A stretch of DNA of 64,000 nucleotides from Steroidobacteraceae bacterium. Lineage in GTDB: Bacteria; Pseudomonadota; Gammaproteobacteria; Steroidobacterales; Steroidobacteraceae. Position numbers and translations under genes: made by a program. The notes under the pieces were generated by a model. The model was given only the letters and a program-made list of their open reading frames with translations. It did not search any database and was not told the origin of the DNA. The first letter of the stretch is position 1, and each line of letters starts with the position of its first letter. Positions 38,148-48,095 of the stretch are shown one piece after another. The DNA lies in the NCBI GenBank assembly GCA_046347045.1, contig JAXMGX010000002.1, forward strand, positions 136,124 to 200,123. The letters run 5' to 3'.

Positions 38148-40801
38148 GCGCGGTCACGCGGACCACCTGCCCCTACTGCGGCGTGGGATGTGGCGTGCTG
38201 GCACGCAAGGCGGCGGATGGCAGCGTCACCGTGAGCGGTGATCCCGAGCATCCGGCCAACCGCGGACGACTGTGCTCCAAAGGCACGGCGCTGACGCAGA
38301 CGCTGGGACCTGCGGGTCGCCTGCTGCAGCCGGAGGTGGATGACCAGGTGGTGAGCTGGGCCGCTGCGCTGGCCGCAGCGGCCTCGCGCCTCAGCGACTG
38401 CATCGCGGAGCACGGGCCCCACTCCGTGGCCCTCTATGTCTCCGGCCAGCTGCTCACCGAGGATTACTACGTCGCCAACAAGCTGATGAAGGGCTACATC
38501 GGCACGGCGAACATCGATACCAATTCGCGCCTGTGCATGTCCTCGGCCGTGTCCGGCCACGTGCGCGCCTTCGGCGAGGACATAGTGCCCGTCGACTATA
38601 CCGACCTGGAGGCGGCCGACCTGATCGTGCTCGTCGGCTCGAACCTGGCCTGGTGCCATCCGGTGCTGATGCAGCGCATCCTCGCCGAGCGCGAGCGCCG
38701 CCCCGGGCTGCGGCTGGTGGTCGTCGATCCACGGCGCACGCCCACGGCCGAGCAGGCGGACCTGCACCTGCCGCTGCGCAGTGGCACCGACGTGATGCTG
38801 TTCAACGGCCTGCTGGCCTGGCTGCACGACCATGGCTGCGCGGACACGGCCTTCGTCGAGGCGCACACCGGTGGCGCGGCGCAAGCCCTGGCCGCCGCCC
38901 GCGTGGCCTGTGCCGACATCGCGGCCACCGCGCAGGCCTGTGGCCTGGATCCGGCGCAGCTCGAAAGCTTTTTCACCCTGTTCGCCGGGACTGCGCGGAC
39001 GGTCACTGCCTTCTCCCAGGGCGTGAACCAGTCTTCGGCCGGCGCAGACAAGGTCAACGCCATCATCAACTGCCACCTGCTCACGGGACGCATCGGCCAG
39101 CCGGGCATGGGACCGTTCTCGATCACCGGCCAGCCCAATGCCATGGGTGGCCGCGAGGTGGGTGGCCTGGCCACGCAGCTCGCGGCGCATCTGTCGCTGG
39201 AGGATCCACGGCATCGCGAGGTCGTGCAGCGGTTCTGGAATTCACCCCGCATTGCCGAGCAGCCGGGACTCAAGGCGGTGGAGCTGTTCGACGCCATCGA
39301 TGAGGGCCGCATCCGCGCGGTGTGGATCATGGCTACCAATCCCGTGGTGAGCCTGCCCGATGCAGATCGCGTGCGCCGGGCGCTGGCGCGTTGTCCGCTG
39401 GTCATCGTTTCCGACTGCGTTGCCGACAACGACACGCTGCCCTTTGCGCACATCCGGCTGCCCGCCACCGGCTGGGCGGAAAAGGACGGCACTGTCACCA
39501 ACTCCGACCGCCACATATCCCGCCAGCGCGCATTCCTGCCCGCGCCCGGACAGGCGCGTCCGGACTGGTGGATGCTGTGCGAGGTGGCGCGGCGGATGGG
39601 TTTCGCCACGGGCTTCGACTACACCGGCCCGCAGCAGATCTTCGACGAGCATGCGCGACTGAGCGTCGAGGCCGCCCGGCTCGGCCGGCGCTTCGACGTC
39701 ACCGGCTTCGACGGACTCGATGGGACGCAATACGAGCAATTGACTCCGCGGCAGTGGCCGACGTCCTCGTCGGCGCGCCTGTTCGGCGATGGACGATTTC
39801 CCACGCCCGATGGAAGGGCGCGCTTCATCGCCACCCATGCGCGGGGTCCACGGTTCGCGCCGGCCGGCGAGTTTCCCTTGATCCTCAATACGGGCCGCAT
39901 CCGCGACCAGTGGCACACCATGACGCGCACCGCGCGGGCCACCTCGCTCAACGCCCATGAATCCGAACCCTACATCGATGCGCACCCGCAGGATCTGCGC
40001 GCGGCTGGAATTGAACCCGGCACGCTCGCCCGGGTGAGCAGCCGCTGGGGCTCGGTCGTGGCCCGGGCGCGCAGCAGCGGAGAAGTGCCCGCTGGCATGG
40101 TGTTCGTGCCCATCCACTGGAGCGCGCAGTTCGCGGAACAATCCCGCGTGGGCGCCGTGGTGAATCCCGTCGTCGACGCGCTTTCCGGTGAGCCGGAATT
40201 CAAGCACACGCCGGTGCGTATCGAACCCCTGCCGCATGAATGGCAGGGCTTCCTGCTGTCGCGCCGGCCAGCGGCTCCGCCAGCATGCATCTGGTGGGCG
40301 AGGTCTCCGGGAGAAGACCATCAACGCCTGGAGTTCGCCGGCAATGGTCCCGCGCCGGGTGAAAGCTGGCTGCGCCAGGCGTTTCCGGAACTGCTCGACG
40401 CCGAGTGGATCGAGTTCGCCGACGCGGGATCGGGCGCGTACCGCGTCGCGCTGCTCTCCGGCGGCAGGCTGCAGGCTTGCCTCATGGTATCCCGCACGGG
40501 CTCCCTGCCCGCCCGGGGATGGCTGCAGTCCCTCTTCCAGTCCGCATCGCTTGCCGTCGAGGATCGAGGCGCAGTGCTGCGGGGCGCGCGCAGGGATGGC
40601 ATCGATCCGGGCCCCACCGTCTGCGCCTGCTTCGGTGTGGGCGCCAACACCATCCGCGAGGTCGTGTGCCGGGGCTGCCGCGATGTGGCGGCCGTTGGCC
40701 AGGTGCTCAAGGCAGGCACCAATTGCGGTTCGTGCCGTCCGGAGATCCAGCGACTGGTCAACGAGCTAGCATCGCGCATCATGGAGGCAAAGGCCTCCTG
40801 A
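38144..40801 (+). CDS. nasA: assimilatory nitrate reductase catalytic subunit (Mo-bisMGD) with C-terminal BFD-like [2Fe-2S] domain
   Basis: TTG start overlaps the upstream TGA. N-terminal 4Fe-4S motif CPYCGVGCG. Molybdopterin oxidoreductase blocks. C-terminal CACFGV...CGSCRPE. Confidence 0.93.
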   Translation: MSAVTRTTCPYCGVGCGVLARKAADGSVTVSGDPEHPANRGRLCSKGTALTQTLGPAGRLLQPEVDDQVVSWAAALAAAASRLSDCIAEHGPHSVALYVSGQLLTEDYYVANKLMKGYIGTANIDTNSRLCMSSAVSGHVRAFGEDIVPVDYTDLEAADLIVLVGSNLAWCHPVLMQRILAERERRPGLRLVVVDPRRTPTAEQADLHLPLRSGTDVMLFNGLLAWLHDHGCADTAFVEAHTGGAAQALAAARVACADIAATAQACGLDPAQLESFFTLFAGTARTVTAFSQGVNQSSAGADKVNAIINCHLLTGRIGQPGMGPFSITGQPNAMGGREVGGLATQLAAHLSLEDPRHREVVQRFWNSPRIAEQPGLKAVELFDAIDEGRIRAVWIMATNPVVSLPDADRVRRALARCPLVIVSDCVADNDTLPFAHIRLPATGWAEKDGTVTNSDRHISRQRAFLPAPGQARPDWWMLCEVARRMGFATGFDYTGPQQIFDEHARLSVEAARLGRRFDVTGFDGLDGTQYEQLTPRQWPTSSSARLFGDGRFPTPDGRARFIATHARGPRFAPAGEFPLILNTGRIRDQWHTMTRTARATSLNAHESEPYIDAHPQDLRAAGIEPGTLARVSSRWGSVVARARSSGEVPAGMVFVPIHWSAQFAEQSRVGAVVNPVVDALSGEPEFKHTPVRIEPLPHEWQGFLLSRRPAAPPACIWWARSPGEDHQRLEFAGNGPAPGESWLRQAFPELLDAEWIEFADAGSGAYRVALLSGGRLQACLMVSRTGSLPARGWLQSLFQSASLAVEDRGAVLRGARRDGIDPGPTVCACFGVGANTIREVVCRGCRDVAAVGQVLKAGTNCGSCRPEIQRLVNELASRIMEAKAS

Positions 40802-41005
40802 AATCGCTCGGTGTGGCGCTCCCTGAATACGGGACAGTCAGGGACCCACCCCGCCGCTTCATGATGATCTTCGATAGCGGCGTTACAACGTGCCGGCCGG
40901 GATGTCCTCGCAGGTATCAACGGATTCAACGCGGGGTACGGAAAGAAGGACAAGCATGAAGAGGCATCGGATCCGTAGCGAACGTTGCTACGTTTCCGCT
41001 ACTCC

Positions 41006-41048
41006 ATCAACCAAGCACTTGGGAAAATCACTCAAGTGCTTGGTTGAT
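41006..41048. other. perfect 16-bp stem / 11-nt loop hairpin in nasA/hdeD convergent spacer
   Basis: ATCAACCAAGCACTTG (41006-41021) pairs with CAAGTGCTTGGTTGAT (41033-41048). A second 6-bp hairpin lies at 40974-40992. No flanking T-tract on either strand. Confidence 0.6.
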
Positions 41049-41161
41049 TGGCGCGCCCCGCGCGGTGGCGGCGAGTCTCCCGAAGGCGTACCGCCAGCAG
41101 CGAAGCGGCCGGCAGGCCGGCCACTCCCGCCGCGACGATCAGCATTCCGTGCGGCACGGCC

Positions 41162-41692
41162 TCAAGTCGTAGCTGCGCTCGTCAGATTGCGGATCCTGAT
41201 GGCCAGCGCCGAGAGCAGCACGCCCCTGGCGATGAAGCCGAAGCCCACCATGAGCGCGAGCAGCACCAGGCCACCGGCCGGATCAATCGCAAAGGTCACG
41301 TAGGCGCCCAGCACGACATCGACGACACCCAGGATACCCAGCAATATCCGGTCGCTGCTCGCACGGGTCGCGGCCAGGATTTCCATGATGCCGCTGACCA
41401 GGAACAACACGCCGATCAGCCACGCCAGGCTGATGGCGCCGCTGAATGGATTGGCTACGCAGACAATCGCCCCCAGCAGCGCCAGCACGCCAAACAGGAT
41501 GTCGACCACTTTTGCCTGCCAGCCGGCATCGCGAAACGCCGCGGCCAGTGATGCAATGCCGCCGATCAGGAACACGACGGCCAGCAAGGTACCCATCGCC
41601 AGGCCTGTCGCCAGCGGATGCAATGCCGCCAGCACACCGATGACCACCAGGATGATTCCGGTAGCCAGCATCCATCCCCATTGTCTTTTCAT
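41162..41692 (-). CDS. hdeD: HdeD/DUF308-family membrane protein
   Basis: Start MKRQWGWMLATGIILVVIGVLAALHP. Six short TM helices with the repeated G-rich pattern typical of HdeD. The 123-codon ORF-track extension was discarded. Confidence 0.75.
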   Translation of the reverse strand: MKRQWGWMLATGIILVVIGVLAALHPLATGLAMGTLLAVVFLIGGIASLAAAFRDAGWQAKVVDILFGVLALLGAIVCVANPFSGAISLAWLIGVLFLVSGIMEILAATRASSDRILLGILGVVDVVLGAYVTFAIDPAGGLVLLALMVGFGFIARGVLLSALAIRIRNLTSAATT

Positions 41693-42163
41693 GGCACGTA
41701 TTCTCCTCCTGGCGCGGCCAGGCACTTGCGGGCACATTTCAGGCATTGGATTTGGGGATGCAGGTTCATGTGCAGCGATCGCTGCCACCGGGAACTCGGA
41801 GGCCCATGACCATCTCCCCTCTGCTTCGCCCTGTTCTTGTCGCAGGACTGGAATCCAATGTATCGCCGGACGGGATTTTTGCAAAGGATTTCTGTTGACC
41901 CGCAATACCGCGTGCCAAAGCGGCCGGTGCCCGGCGACCTGGTTCAACCGATGCGGCGATCCGACGAGGGTCCCGCCGACGTCGCTGCGACGCGATCTGA
42001 CCCCCGGCTCTACTGCTGGAATTCCGACGTCATGTCCTTGCAGGACTTTCTCGTGAGGCACCTTTGCGCCTGACTACAAGTGCAGGAATCCGGTCGGGCG
42101 CAACTGAGCAAGAACTGTCCGGCCAGCAGAGGGCATGAGCCTCATCATGTGCTGGCCGGAGGA

Positions 42164-43027
42164 ATGATGTCGACCCCACGCAAAGCCCGTTATGCACAAC
42201 GCATCAGCAAGGTGCTGGATTACATCAGCCAGCACCTCGATGAGGAGTTGTCACTGGATACCTTGTGCCAGCTCGCCAATTTCTCCCGCTTTCACTTCCA
42301 TCGTCAGTTCAGCGCCTACACCGGCATCAGCCTGGGCCGCATGGTGCAACTGCAGCGGTTGCGGCGGGCAGCGTTGCAGTTGGTGTTCGCGCGCGATCTC
42401 AGCGTGACCGACATTGCGTTCGCGGCCGGCTTTGCCAATGCGGAATCGTTTGCGCGCGCCTTCAGGAAAGAGTGCGGGCAGAGTCCGAGCAGCTTTCGCA
42501 AGGCGCCGACCTGGCAGCAGTGGCAAGTGAGGATGATCCTCGACAATCCACAGGAGACGGCAGACATGCAGGTAGAAATCGTCGACTTTCCGGAAACCCT
42601 GGTCGCGGCGCTGGAACATCGCGGCCCGGAGCACCTTACTTATCAGACCTCACAGAAGTTCATCGAATGGCGCCGCGCCAACGGCGTGAAGCCGGGACAG
42701 GGCAATACCTATGGCGTGCATTACACCGATCATCTGAGCGTGCTGCCGGAGAATTACCGGCTCGATCTGTGCGTGTCGATAGCCCAGCCGGTGGCGGAGA
42801 ATCCGCAAGGTGTCGTTACGAAGGTGATCCCCGCGGGACGCTGCGCCCGTGTCCGCAACATCGGCACGCGACACGAGCTGCCGGGGCCGCGCTACCTTTA
42901 CGAAACCTGGCTGCCGCAGAGCGGCGAGCAGCTGCGCGACTATCCAATGTTCTTCCACTACGTGAACGTTGGGCCCGGCGTGAAGGAGCACGAGATGATC
43001 ACGGACATCTACCTGCCTCTGCGCTGA
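42164..43027 (+). CDS. AraC-family regulator with C-terminal GyrI-like effector-binding domain
   Basis: HTH region LCQLANFSRFHFHRQFSAYTGISLGRMVQ...GFANAESFARAFRKECGQSPSSFRK, followed by a GyrI-like domain (VEIVDFPETLVAALEHRGP...DIYLPL). Confidence 0.88.
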   Translation: MMSTPRKARYAQRISKVLDYISQHLDEELSLDTLCQLANFSRFHFHRQFSAYTGISLGRMVQLQRLRRAALQLVFARDLSVTDIAFAAGFANAESFARAFRKECGQSPSSFRKAPTWQQWQVRMILDNPQETADMQVEIVDFPETLVAALEHRGPEHLTYQTSQKFIEWRRANGVKPGQGNTYGVHYTDHLSVLPENYRLDLCVSIAQPVAENPQGVVTKVIPAGRCARVRNIGTRHELPGPRYLYETWLPQSGEQLRDYPMFFHYVNVGPGVKEHEMITDIYLPLR

Positions 43028-43113
43028 GTGCCGGATCGTTCACGATTCGACCTGGCGGCGATCCCGCGGCGGCAACACCGGGGCGACAGTCGGTTGCTCG
43101 CCGCCAGCGGATG

Positions 43114-43236
43114 CTACCAAACCGCGAGCAGGCGAATCAGGCTGGACACCATGCCGAGAGCGACAACACTCAGCGCCCAGATTCCGACAAACCAGGCGAG
43201 CCGTCGAAGCGGCGAAGTCTGCTCGCGGCCAGCCAT
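43114..43236 (-). CDS. small membrane protein downstream of cydB (DUF2474-like, 40 aa)
   Basis: MAGREQTSPLRRLAWFVGIWALSVVALGMVSSLIRLLAVW. The ATG shares one base with the cydB stop (TGATG). This is the typical position of the small CIO-operon peptide. Confidence 0.55.
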   Translation of the reverse strand: MAGREQTSPLRRLAWFVGIWALSVVALGMVSSLIRLLAVW

Positions 43237-44240
43237 CAGTGGTACCCCTGCAATCCGACTTTGCCGCGAAATACCCAATAGGCCCAGCCTGTGTATGACA
43301 GGATCAAGGGCACGATGATTGCCGTTCCAACGAGCATGAACGACAGGCTGCTGGACGGTGCCGCAGCCTGCCAGATCGTGACCGCTCGCGGGACCAAATG
43401 CGGGTAGATGCTGATCGCAAGACCAGCAAAGCACAGCCCGAAGATTGCCAGCGCCATGACGAAGGGCAACCGTTCAGCGCCGCGTCGCAACGATCTGAAG
43501 TAGGTTAGCGCACAGGTGACCAGCAGCAGGGGCACCGGTGCGGTCAAGACCAGCCCTGGCATTGCGAACCAGCGCCGCCAGTAATCAAACGCCAGGAATG
43601 GCGTCGCCAGACTGACCGCGCCAATCCCGACCAGTGTCGCTGCACCCAGCAGGACCGCGCGCCTGCGGGCCCGCTTCTGGATGTCGCCCTCTGTCTTCCA
43701 GACGAGCCAGCACGCACCCAGCATGCCATAGCCGCATACCACAGCCACACCGCAAAGCAGCGAGAATGGACTCAGCCAATCGAGCCAGCCGCCCGCGTAG
43801 GCGAAATCCCTGACATTGATACCTTGAAGGATGGCGCCCAACATGATGCCTTGCGCAAGTGCGGCAACCAGCGATCCGGCTGCGAATGCGCGGTCCCACA
43901 GCGACTGGCGCACCGGATCGCGCCAGCGGAACTCGAATGCCACGCCGCGGAATACAAGTCCCAGCAGCATGGCGATTATCAGTGGATAGGTCGCAGGAAG
44001 AATTATCGAATAGGCGAGCGGAAAGGCCGCGAACAAACCGCCACCGCCCAGCACCAGCCAGGTTTCGTTGCCGTCCCAGACCGGCGCTACCGAGTTCATC
44101 GCAACTCCCCGTTCCTCACCCGGAGCCAGTGTCGGGAAGAGAATGCCGATACCCAGGTCGAATCCATCGAGCACGACATACGCCAAGACGGCAAAGGAGA
44201 TGACGCACACCCAAACCATGGTGAGGTCAGTTGCGGTCAT
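43236..44240 (-). CDS. cydB: cytochrome bd-type (CIO) ubiquinol oxidase subunit II
   Basis: MTATDLTMVWVCVISFAVLAYVVLDGFDLGIG N-terminus. 334 aa multi-TM. 14-nt overlap with cydA. Confidence 0.92.
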   Translation of the reverse strand: MTATDLTMVWVCVISFAVLAYVVLDGFDLGIGILFPTLAPGEERGVAMNSVAPVWDGNETWLVLGGGGLFAAFPLAYSIILPATYPLIIAMLLGLVFRGVAFEFRWRDPVRQSLWDRAFAAGSLVAALAQGIMLGAILQGINVRDFAYAGGWLDWLSPFSLLCGVAVVCGYGMLGACWLVWKTEGDIQKRARRRAVLLGAATLVGIGAVSLATPFLAFDYWRRWFAMPGLVLTAPVPLLLVTCALTYFRSLRRGAERLPFVMALAIFGLCFAGLAISIYPHLVPRAVTIWQAAAPSSSLSFMLVGTAIIVPLILSYTGWAYWVFRGKVGLQGYH

Positions 44241-45648
44241 CTTCGCCTCCCAGCTTGGGTTCAACTGCCATGCCTGCCGCCGGTGTAATGCCCGCGGCAC
44301 GCTGCGGCATCGCTGCGGGCTCGGGTTCCCCGGACTGAGGTGGCCGTGCCATGAGCCTCAGGATATAGCCGATGCCCATGCCGAACACGGCGAAATACAC
44401 CAGGACAAAGGCCACAAGCGAAGTCGCGACCGCAGGCGCGGCAATTGGTGATATCGAGTCGGACGTGCGCAGCAGCCCGTATACCGTAAACGGCTGGCGG
44501 CCTACCTCAGTTGTCACCCAGCCGGCGATGACCGCCATGAATCCCGCCGGCCCCAGCGCCACGGCGGCACGGTGAAGCCAGCGGGACTTGTAGAGAGTAC
44601 CGCGCCATCGGGCGAACAGGCTCCAGAGGCCTGCCCCGAGCATGGCCATTCCCAGCGCCACCATGATTCGAAACGACCAGAAGACGATCGCGACCGGAGG
44701 CCAGTCCTGCTGCGGGAAGTCCTTCAGCCCGGGTAGTGGGGCGTTGGGAGCATGCTTCAGAATCAGCGATCCGGCCTTGGGAATCGCGACCTGGAACCTG
44801 ACCCTCTGTTCGGCATTGCTCGGCAGGCCAAACAGCACCAGATGGGCACCATCCGGGCTCGGTTCGAAGTCGCCTTCCATCGCCAGCAGCTTTACGGGCT
44901 GGTGCTCCAGTGTGTTGAGCCCGTGCTGGTCTCCTGCAAGAACCTGGATCGGGGTGACCAGCGCCGCCATCCACATGGCCATCGAGAACATCTTGCGCGC
45001 GGCGGGCTGGCCGGAATCACGAAGCAGATGCCAGGCACCCACCGCGCCGACCAGCATCGCCGTGCTCAGGAAGGCCGCCAGAACCGTGTGGATCAACCGG
45101 TAGGGAAAACTGGCGGTGAAGATGATGTCCGGCCACGAGACGGGAATGAACCTGCCCGCTGCGTCGATCGCATGTCCTGCCGGGGTCTGCATCCAGCTGT
45201 TGACCGCGATGATCCAGGTTGCCGAAATCAGCGTGCCAAGTGCGACCATGCACGTGGCAAGAAGGTGAAGGCGAGGCCCCACCTTCTCCATACCGAACAG
45301 CATTACGCCCAGGAATCCGGCCTCCAGAAAGAAGGCCGTCATCACTTCATAGGCCATCAGGGGACCAACCACCGCCCCCGCCTTTGCCGAGAACACCGAC
45401 CAGTTGGCGCCGAACTGGTAGGACATGACGATGCCCGATACGACCCCCATGCCAAAGGCGATGGCGAAGATCTTCAGCCAATAGCGGAACAGGTCGAGAT
45501 AGATGCTCTTTCCTGTCTTCAGCCACAGGGCTTCCAGAACCGCCAGATAGCTGGCCAGTCCGATCGACAGTGCCGGAAAGATGAAGTGAAAAGAAATCGT
45601 GAAGGCGAACTGCGCTCTGGCCAGGACGGTCGGATCGAGGAATTTCAT
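44227..45648 (-). CDS. cydA: cytochrome bd-type (CIO, short Q-loop) ubiquinol oxidase subunit I
   Basis: MKFLDPTVLARAQFAFTISFHFIFPALSIGL and the GWVTTEVGRQP motif. At 473 aa it is consistent with the short-Q-loop cyanide-insensitive type. Confidence 0.92.
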   Translation of the reverse strand: MKFLDPTVLARAQFAFTISFHFIFPALSIGLASYLAVLEALWLKTGKSIYLDLFRYWLKIFAIAFGMGVVSGIVMSYQFGANWSVFSAKAGAVVGPLMAYEVMTAFFLEAGFLGVMLFGMEKVGPRLHLLATCMVALGTLISATWIIAVNSWMQTPAGHAIDAAGRFIPVSWPDIIFTASFPYRLIHTVLAAFLSTAMLVGAVGAWHLLRDSGQPAARKMFSMAMWMAALVTPIQVLAGDQHGLNTLEHQPVKLLAMEGDFEPSPDGAHLVLFGLPSNAEQRVRFQVAIPKAGSLILKHAPNAPLPGLKDFPQQDWPPVAIVFWSFRIMVALGMAMLGAGLWSLFARWRGTLYKSRWLHRAAVALGPAGFMAVIAGWVTTEVGRQPFTVYGLLRTSDSISPIAAPAVATSLVAFVLVYFAVFGMGIGYILRLMARPPQSGEPEPAAMPQRAAGITPAAGMAVEPKLGGEDDRN

Positions 45649-45722
45649 GGCTTTCGCTGACCCTTGTGTCCGAGTGAACCTTCAACACACCCACCCAGGA
45701 GGGAGGGGACCTGTCGTGATGG

Positions 45723-47993
45723 TCAGGCCAACACGATTCTCACCGGGATGGATTTCGCAGCAGGCGTGCCGCTGATCTCATCGAAATGATCCAGCGGCAG
45801 AAGCGGATTGAGCTCCGGATAGTAGCCGGCCACCGCACCGCGCGGCAGCGGGTAGTCAACCAAGGTCAGACCATCGACCCTGCGCACCATCCCGTCCGTC
45901 GACAGGGTTTCCAGCCCGACACTCGCCTGTTCGACCAGGCCACGATCCTTGCGGTCATCGGCGTTGATCAGCAGCACCATGCGATCATTGTAGATACCGC
46001 GATAACGATCGGAGTAGCTGTAGATGGTGGTGTTGAACTGATCGTGGGAGCGCACGGTGGCCAGGCGCAGCATCGCCGGGTCGCCTACAGGATCATTCAC
46101 GTCAAGGCCGCTGAACAAGACGAAGTTCGCCTTGCCGCTGGGGGTCGGCCAGACCCGTCTGCGGGGCGGCACGTCCAGGTAGAAGCCCGACCTGTCGGCA
46201 ATCCGCGCGTTGAAGTCGGCGTAGATCGCCGGATAGACCTCGGCGATCTTGTCGCGGATCAGGCCGAAATCGCAGGCATAGTTCTCCCAGTCAATCGGAC
46301 TGCCCGGGAGCACGGCCCGAGCCATCCGGCAGACGATTTCCACTTCGGACAAACAGTCTGCGCTCACCGGATCGAGCACGCCTTTCGAAGCCGTGACCCT
46401 GGACATGGCATCCTCGATCGTCACGAACTGCTCCCCGGCCGTGGTCTCGATCCGCTCTGATCGTGAGATCACCGGCAGGATCAGCGCCTCCTTGCCGTGG
46501 ATCACGTGGCCGCGGTTGAGTTTGGTCGAAATGCCGACTGTCAGGTCGAGTCCACGCATCGCGGCATAGGCGCGATCCGTGTCAGGAACGGCGCGGACGA
46601 AGTTGCCGCCCATGCCGATGAACACCTTGGCCGTCCCCGCCAGCATCGCCTTGACCGCATCAACGGTGTGATGCCCGCTCTCACGCGGCGGATCAAATCC
46701 GAACACCTGCTGCAGCCGATCAAGGTATGCGGGCGGCGGTCTTTCATCGATCCCGACGGTGCGATCGCCCTGGACATTCGAATGGCCACGGATCGGGGCG
46801 ATCCCGGCGCCCGGCTTGCCGAAGTTTCCCCTGAGGAAAAGCAAATTGCACACTTGGCGCAGCAGCTGAGAACCCTGTTGATGTTGCGTCAATCCCATGC
46901 CGTAACAAATTATCGTCGCGTTGGAGCGGATGTAGATGTCGGCGCACCGACGGATCTGCTCCTCCGATATTCCCGACACGCGCACCAGATCTGCCCAATC
47001 CTGCGCCAGGGCGTCCTCGCGGATGGCCTCGATGCCCAGGGTGTGCGCATTGACGAAATCCCAGTCGATGACGTTGTCGCCGTGCGACTCCCGCTCGAAG
47101 AGCACCTTCATCATGCCTTTGAGCAGGGCCACATCCCCGCCGATCCGCACCGGCACGTATTCGCTGGCGATCTTCGTCGAACCGAGGGTCGCCATTTCGA
47201 TCACGTCTTGCGGCGGAGTGAACCGCATCAAGGCGCGTTCGGGCATGGGATTCACGGCAACGATCGGGACCCCACGCCGCTCGACCTCGACCAGATCGGT
47301 CATCATGCGCGGTGAATTGGTTCCGGTGTTCTGCCCGATGACGAAGACGGCTTCGGCCCTGGCCCAATCGGCCATGGTCACCGTTCCCTTGCCCACACCG
47401 ATCGACGCCGGAAGACCGCGGCTGGTCGGCTCGTGACACATGTTCGAGCAGTCGGGGAAGTTGTTCGTTCCAAAAGCGCGCACGAAGATCGAATACAGGA
47501 AAGCAGCCTCGTTCGGCGTACGACCCGAGGTGTAGAATTCCGCCTGATGCGGGCTGGCGAGACCGCGCAGGTGACGCGCGATGAGAGCGAAGGCGTCGCC
47601 CCAGCTGACCGGAACATACCGATCGCTTGCTGCATCGTATTTCATCGGTTCGGTCAGGCGGCCTTGCCTTTCCAACCAGTAGTCGGATTGCGCTTCCAGT
47701 TCGGTCACGCTGTATCGCGCAAAGAAGTCCCGCGTCACGCGGAACCTGGTCGCTTCGTGCGCCAGGGCCTTGGCTCCGTTCTCGCAAAACTCCAATGTCC
47801 TGGTGCAGTCGGGATCCGGATAGGCGCAGCTTGGGCATTTGAAGCCACCCGGCTGATTCATCGACAACAACGCCTTTGAACCCTTGGTGACGACACTCTC
47901 CTGCATCAGGATCCTGGCCGTTGCCGCCGCCGCGCCCCAGCCTCCCGCGGGGCTGTCGTAGGGTTCATAATGAGGTTGTTCATCAGCCATCAT
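45723..47993 (-). CDS. FdhF/YdeP-family molybdopterin oxidoreductase
   Basis: Start MMADEQPHYEPYDSPAGGWGA. CPSCAYPDP...C Fe-S motif. About 756 aa, collinear with YdeP-type proteins. Confidence 0.85.
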   Translation of the reverse strand: MMADEQPHYEPYDSPAGGWGAAAATARILMQESVVTKGSKALLSMNQPGGFKCPSCAYPDPDCTRTLEFCENGAKALAHEATRFRVTRDFFARYSVTELEAQSDYWLERQGRLTEPMKYDAASDRYVPVSWGDAFALIARHLRGLASPHQAEFYTSGRTPNEAAFLYSIFVRAFGTNNFPDCSNMCHEPTSRGLPASIGVGKGTVTMADWARAEAVFVIGQNTGTNSPRMMTDLVEVERRGVPIVAVNPMPERALMRFTPPQDVIEMATLGSTKIASEYVPVRIGGDVALLKGMMKVLFERESHGDNVIDWDFVNAHTLGIEAIREDALAQDWADLVRVSGISEEQIRRCADIYIRSNATIICYGMGLTQHQQGSQLLRQVCNLLFLRGNFGKPGAGIAPIRGHSNVQGDRTVGIDERPPPAYLDRLQQVFGFDPPRESGHHTVDAVKAMLAGTAKVFIGMGGNFVRAVPDTDRAYAAMRGLDLTVGISTKLNRGHVIHGKEALILPVISRSERIETTAGEQFVTIEDAMSRVTASKGVLDPVSADCLSEVEIVCRMARAVLPGSPIDWENYACDFGLIRDKIAEVYPAIYADFNARIADRSGFYLDVPPRRRVWPTPSGKANFVLFSGLDVNDPVGDPAMLRLATVRSHDQFNTTIYSYSDRYRGIYNDRMVLLINADDRKDRGLVEQASVGLETLSTDGMVRRVDGLTLVDYPLPRGAVAGYYPELNPLLPLDHFDEISGTPAAKSIPVRIVLA

Positions 47994-48095
47994 CAGGACT
48001 TCGCGTTGCTGATCTCCCGAAGTGAAGTCAGGTTGGCATGGGTAGCAGGGCGGTGCAAGAACATACTGTCGTCTGAAGGACGGCACGTCTAGAGA

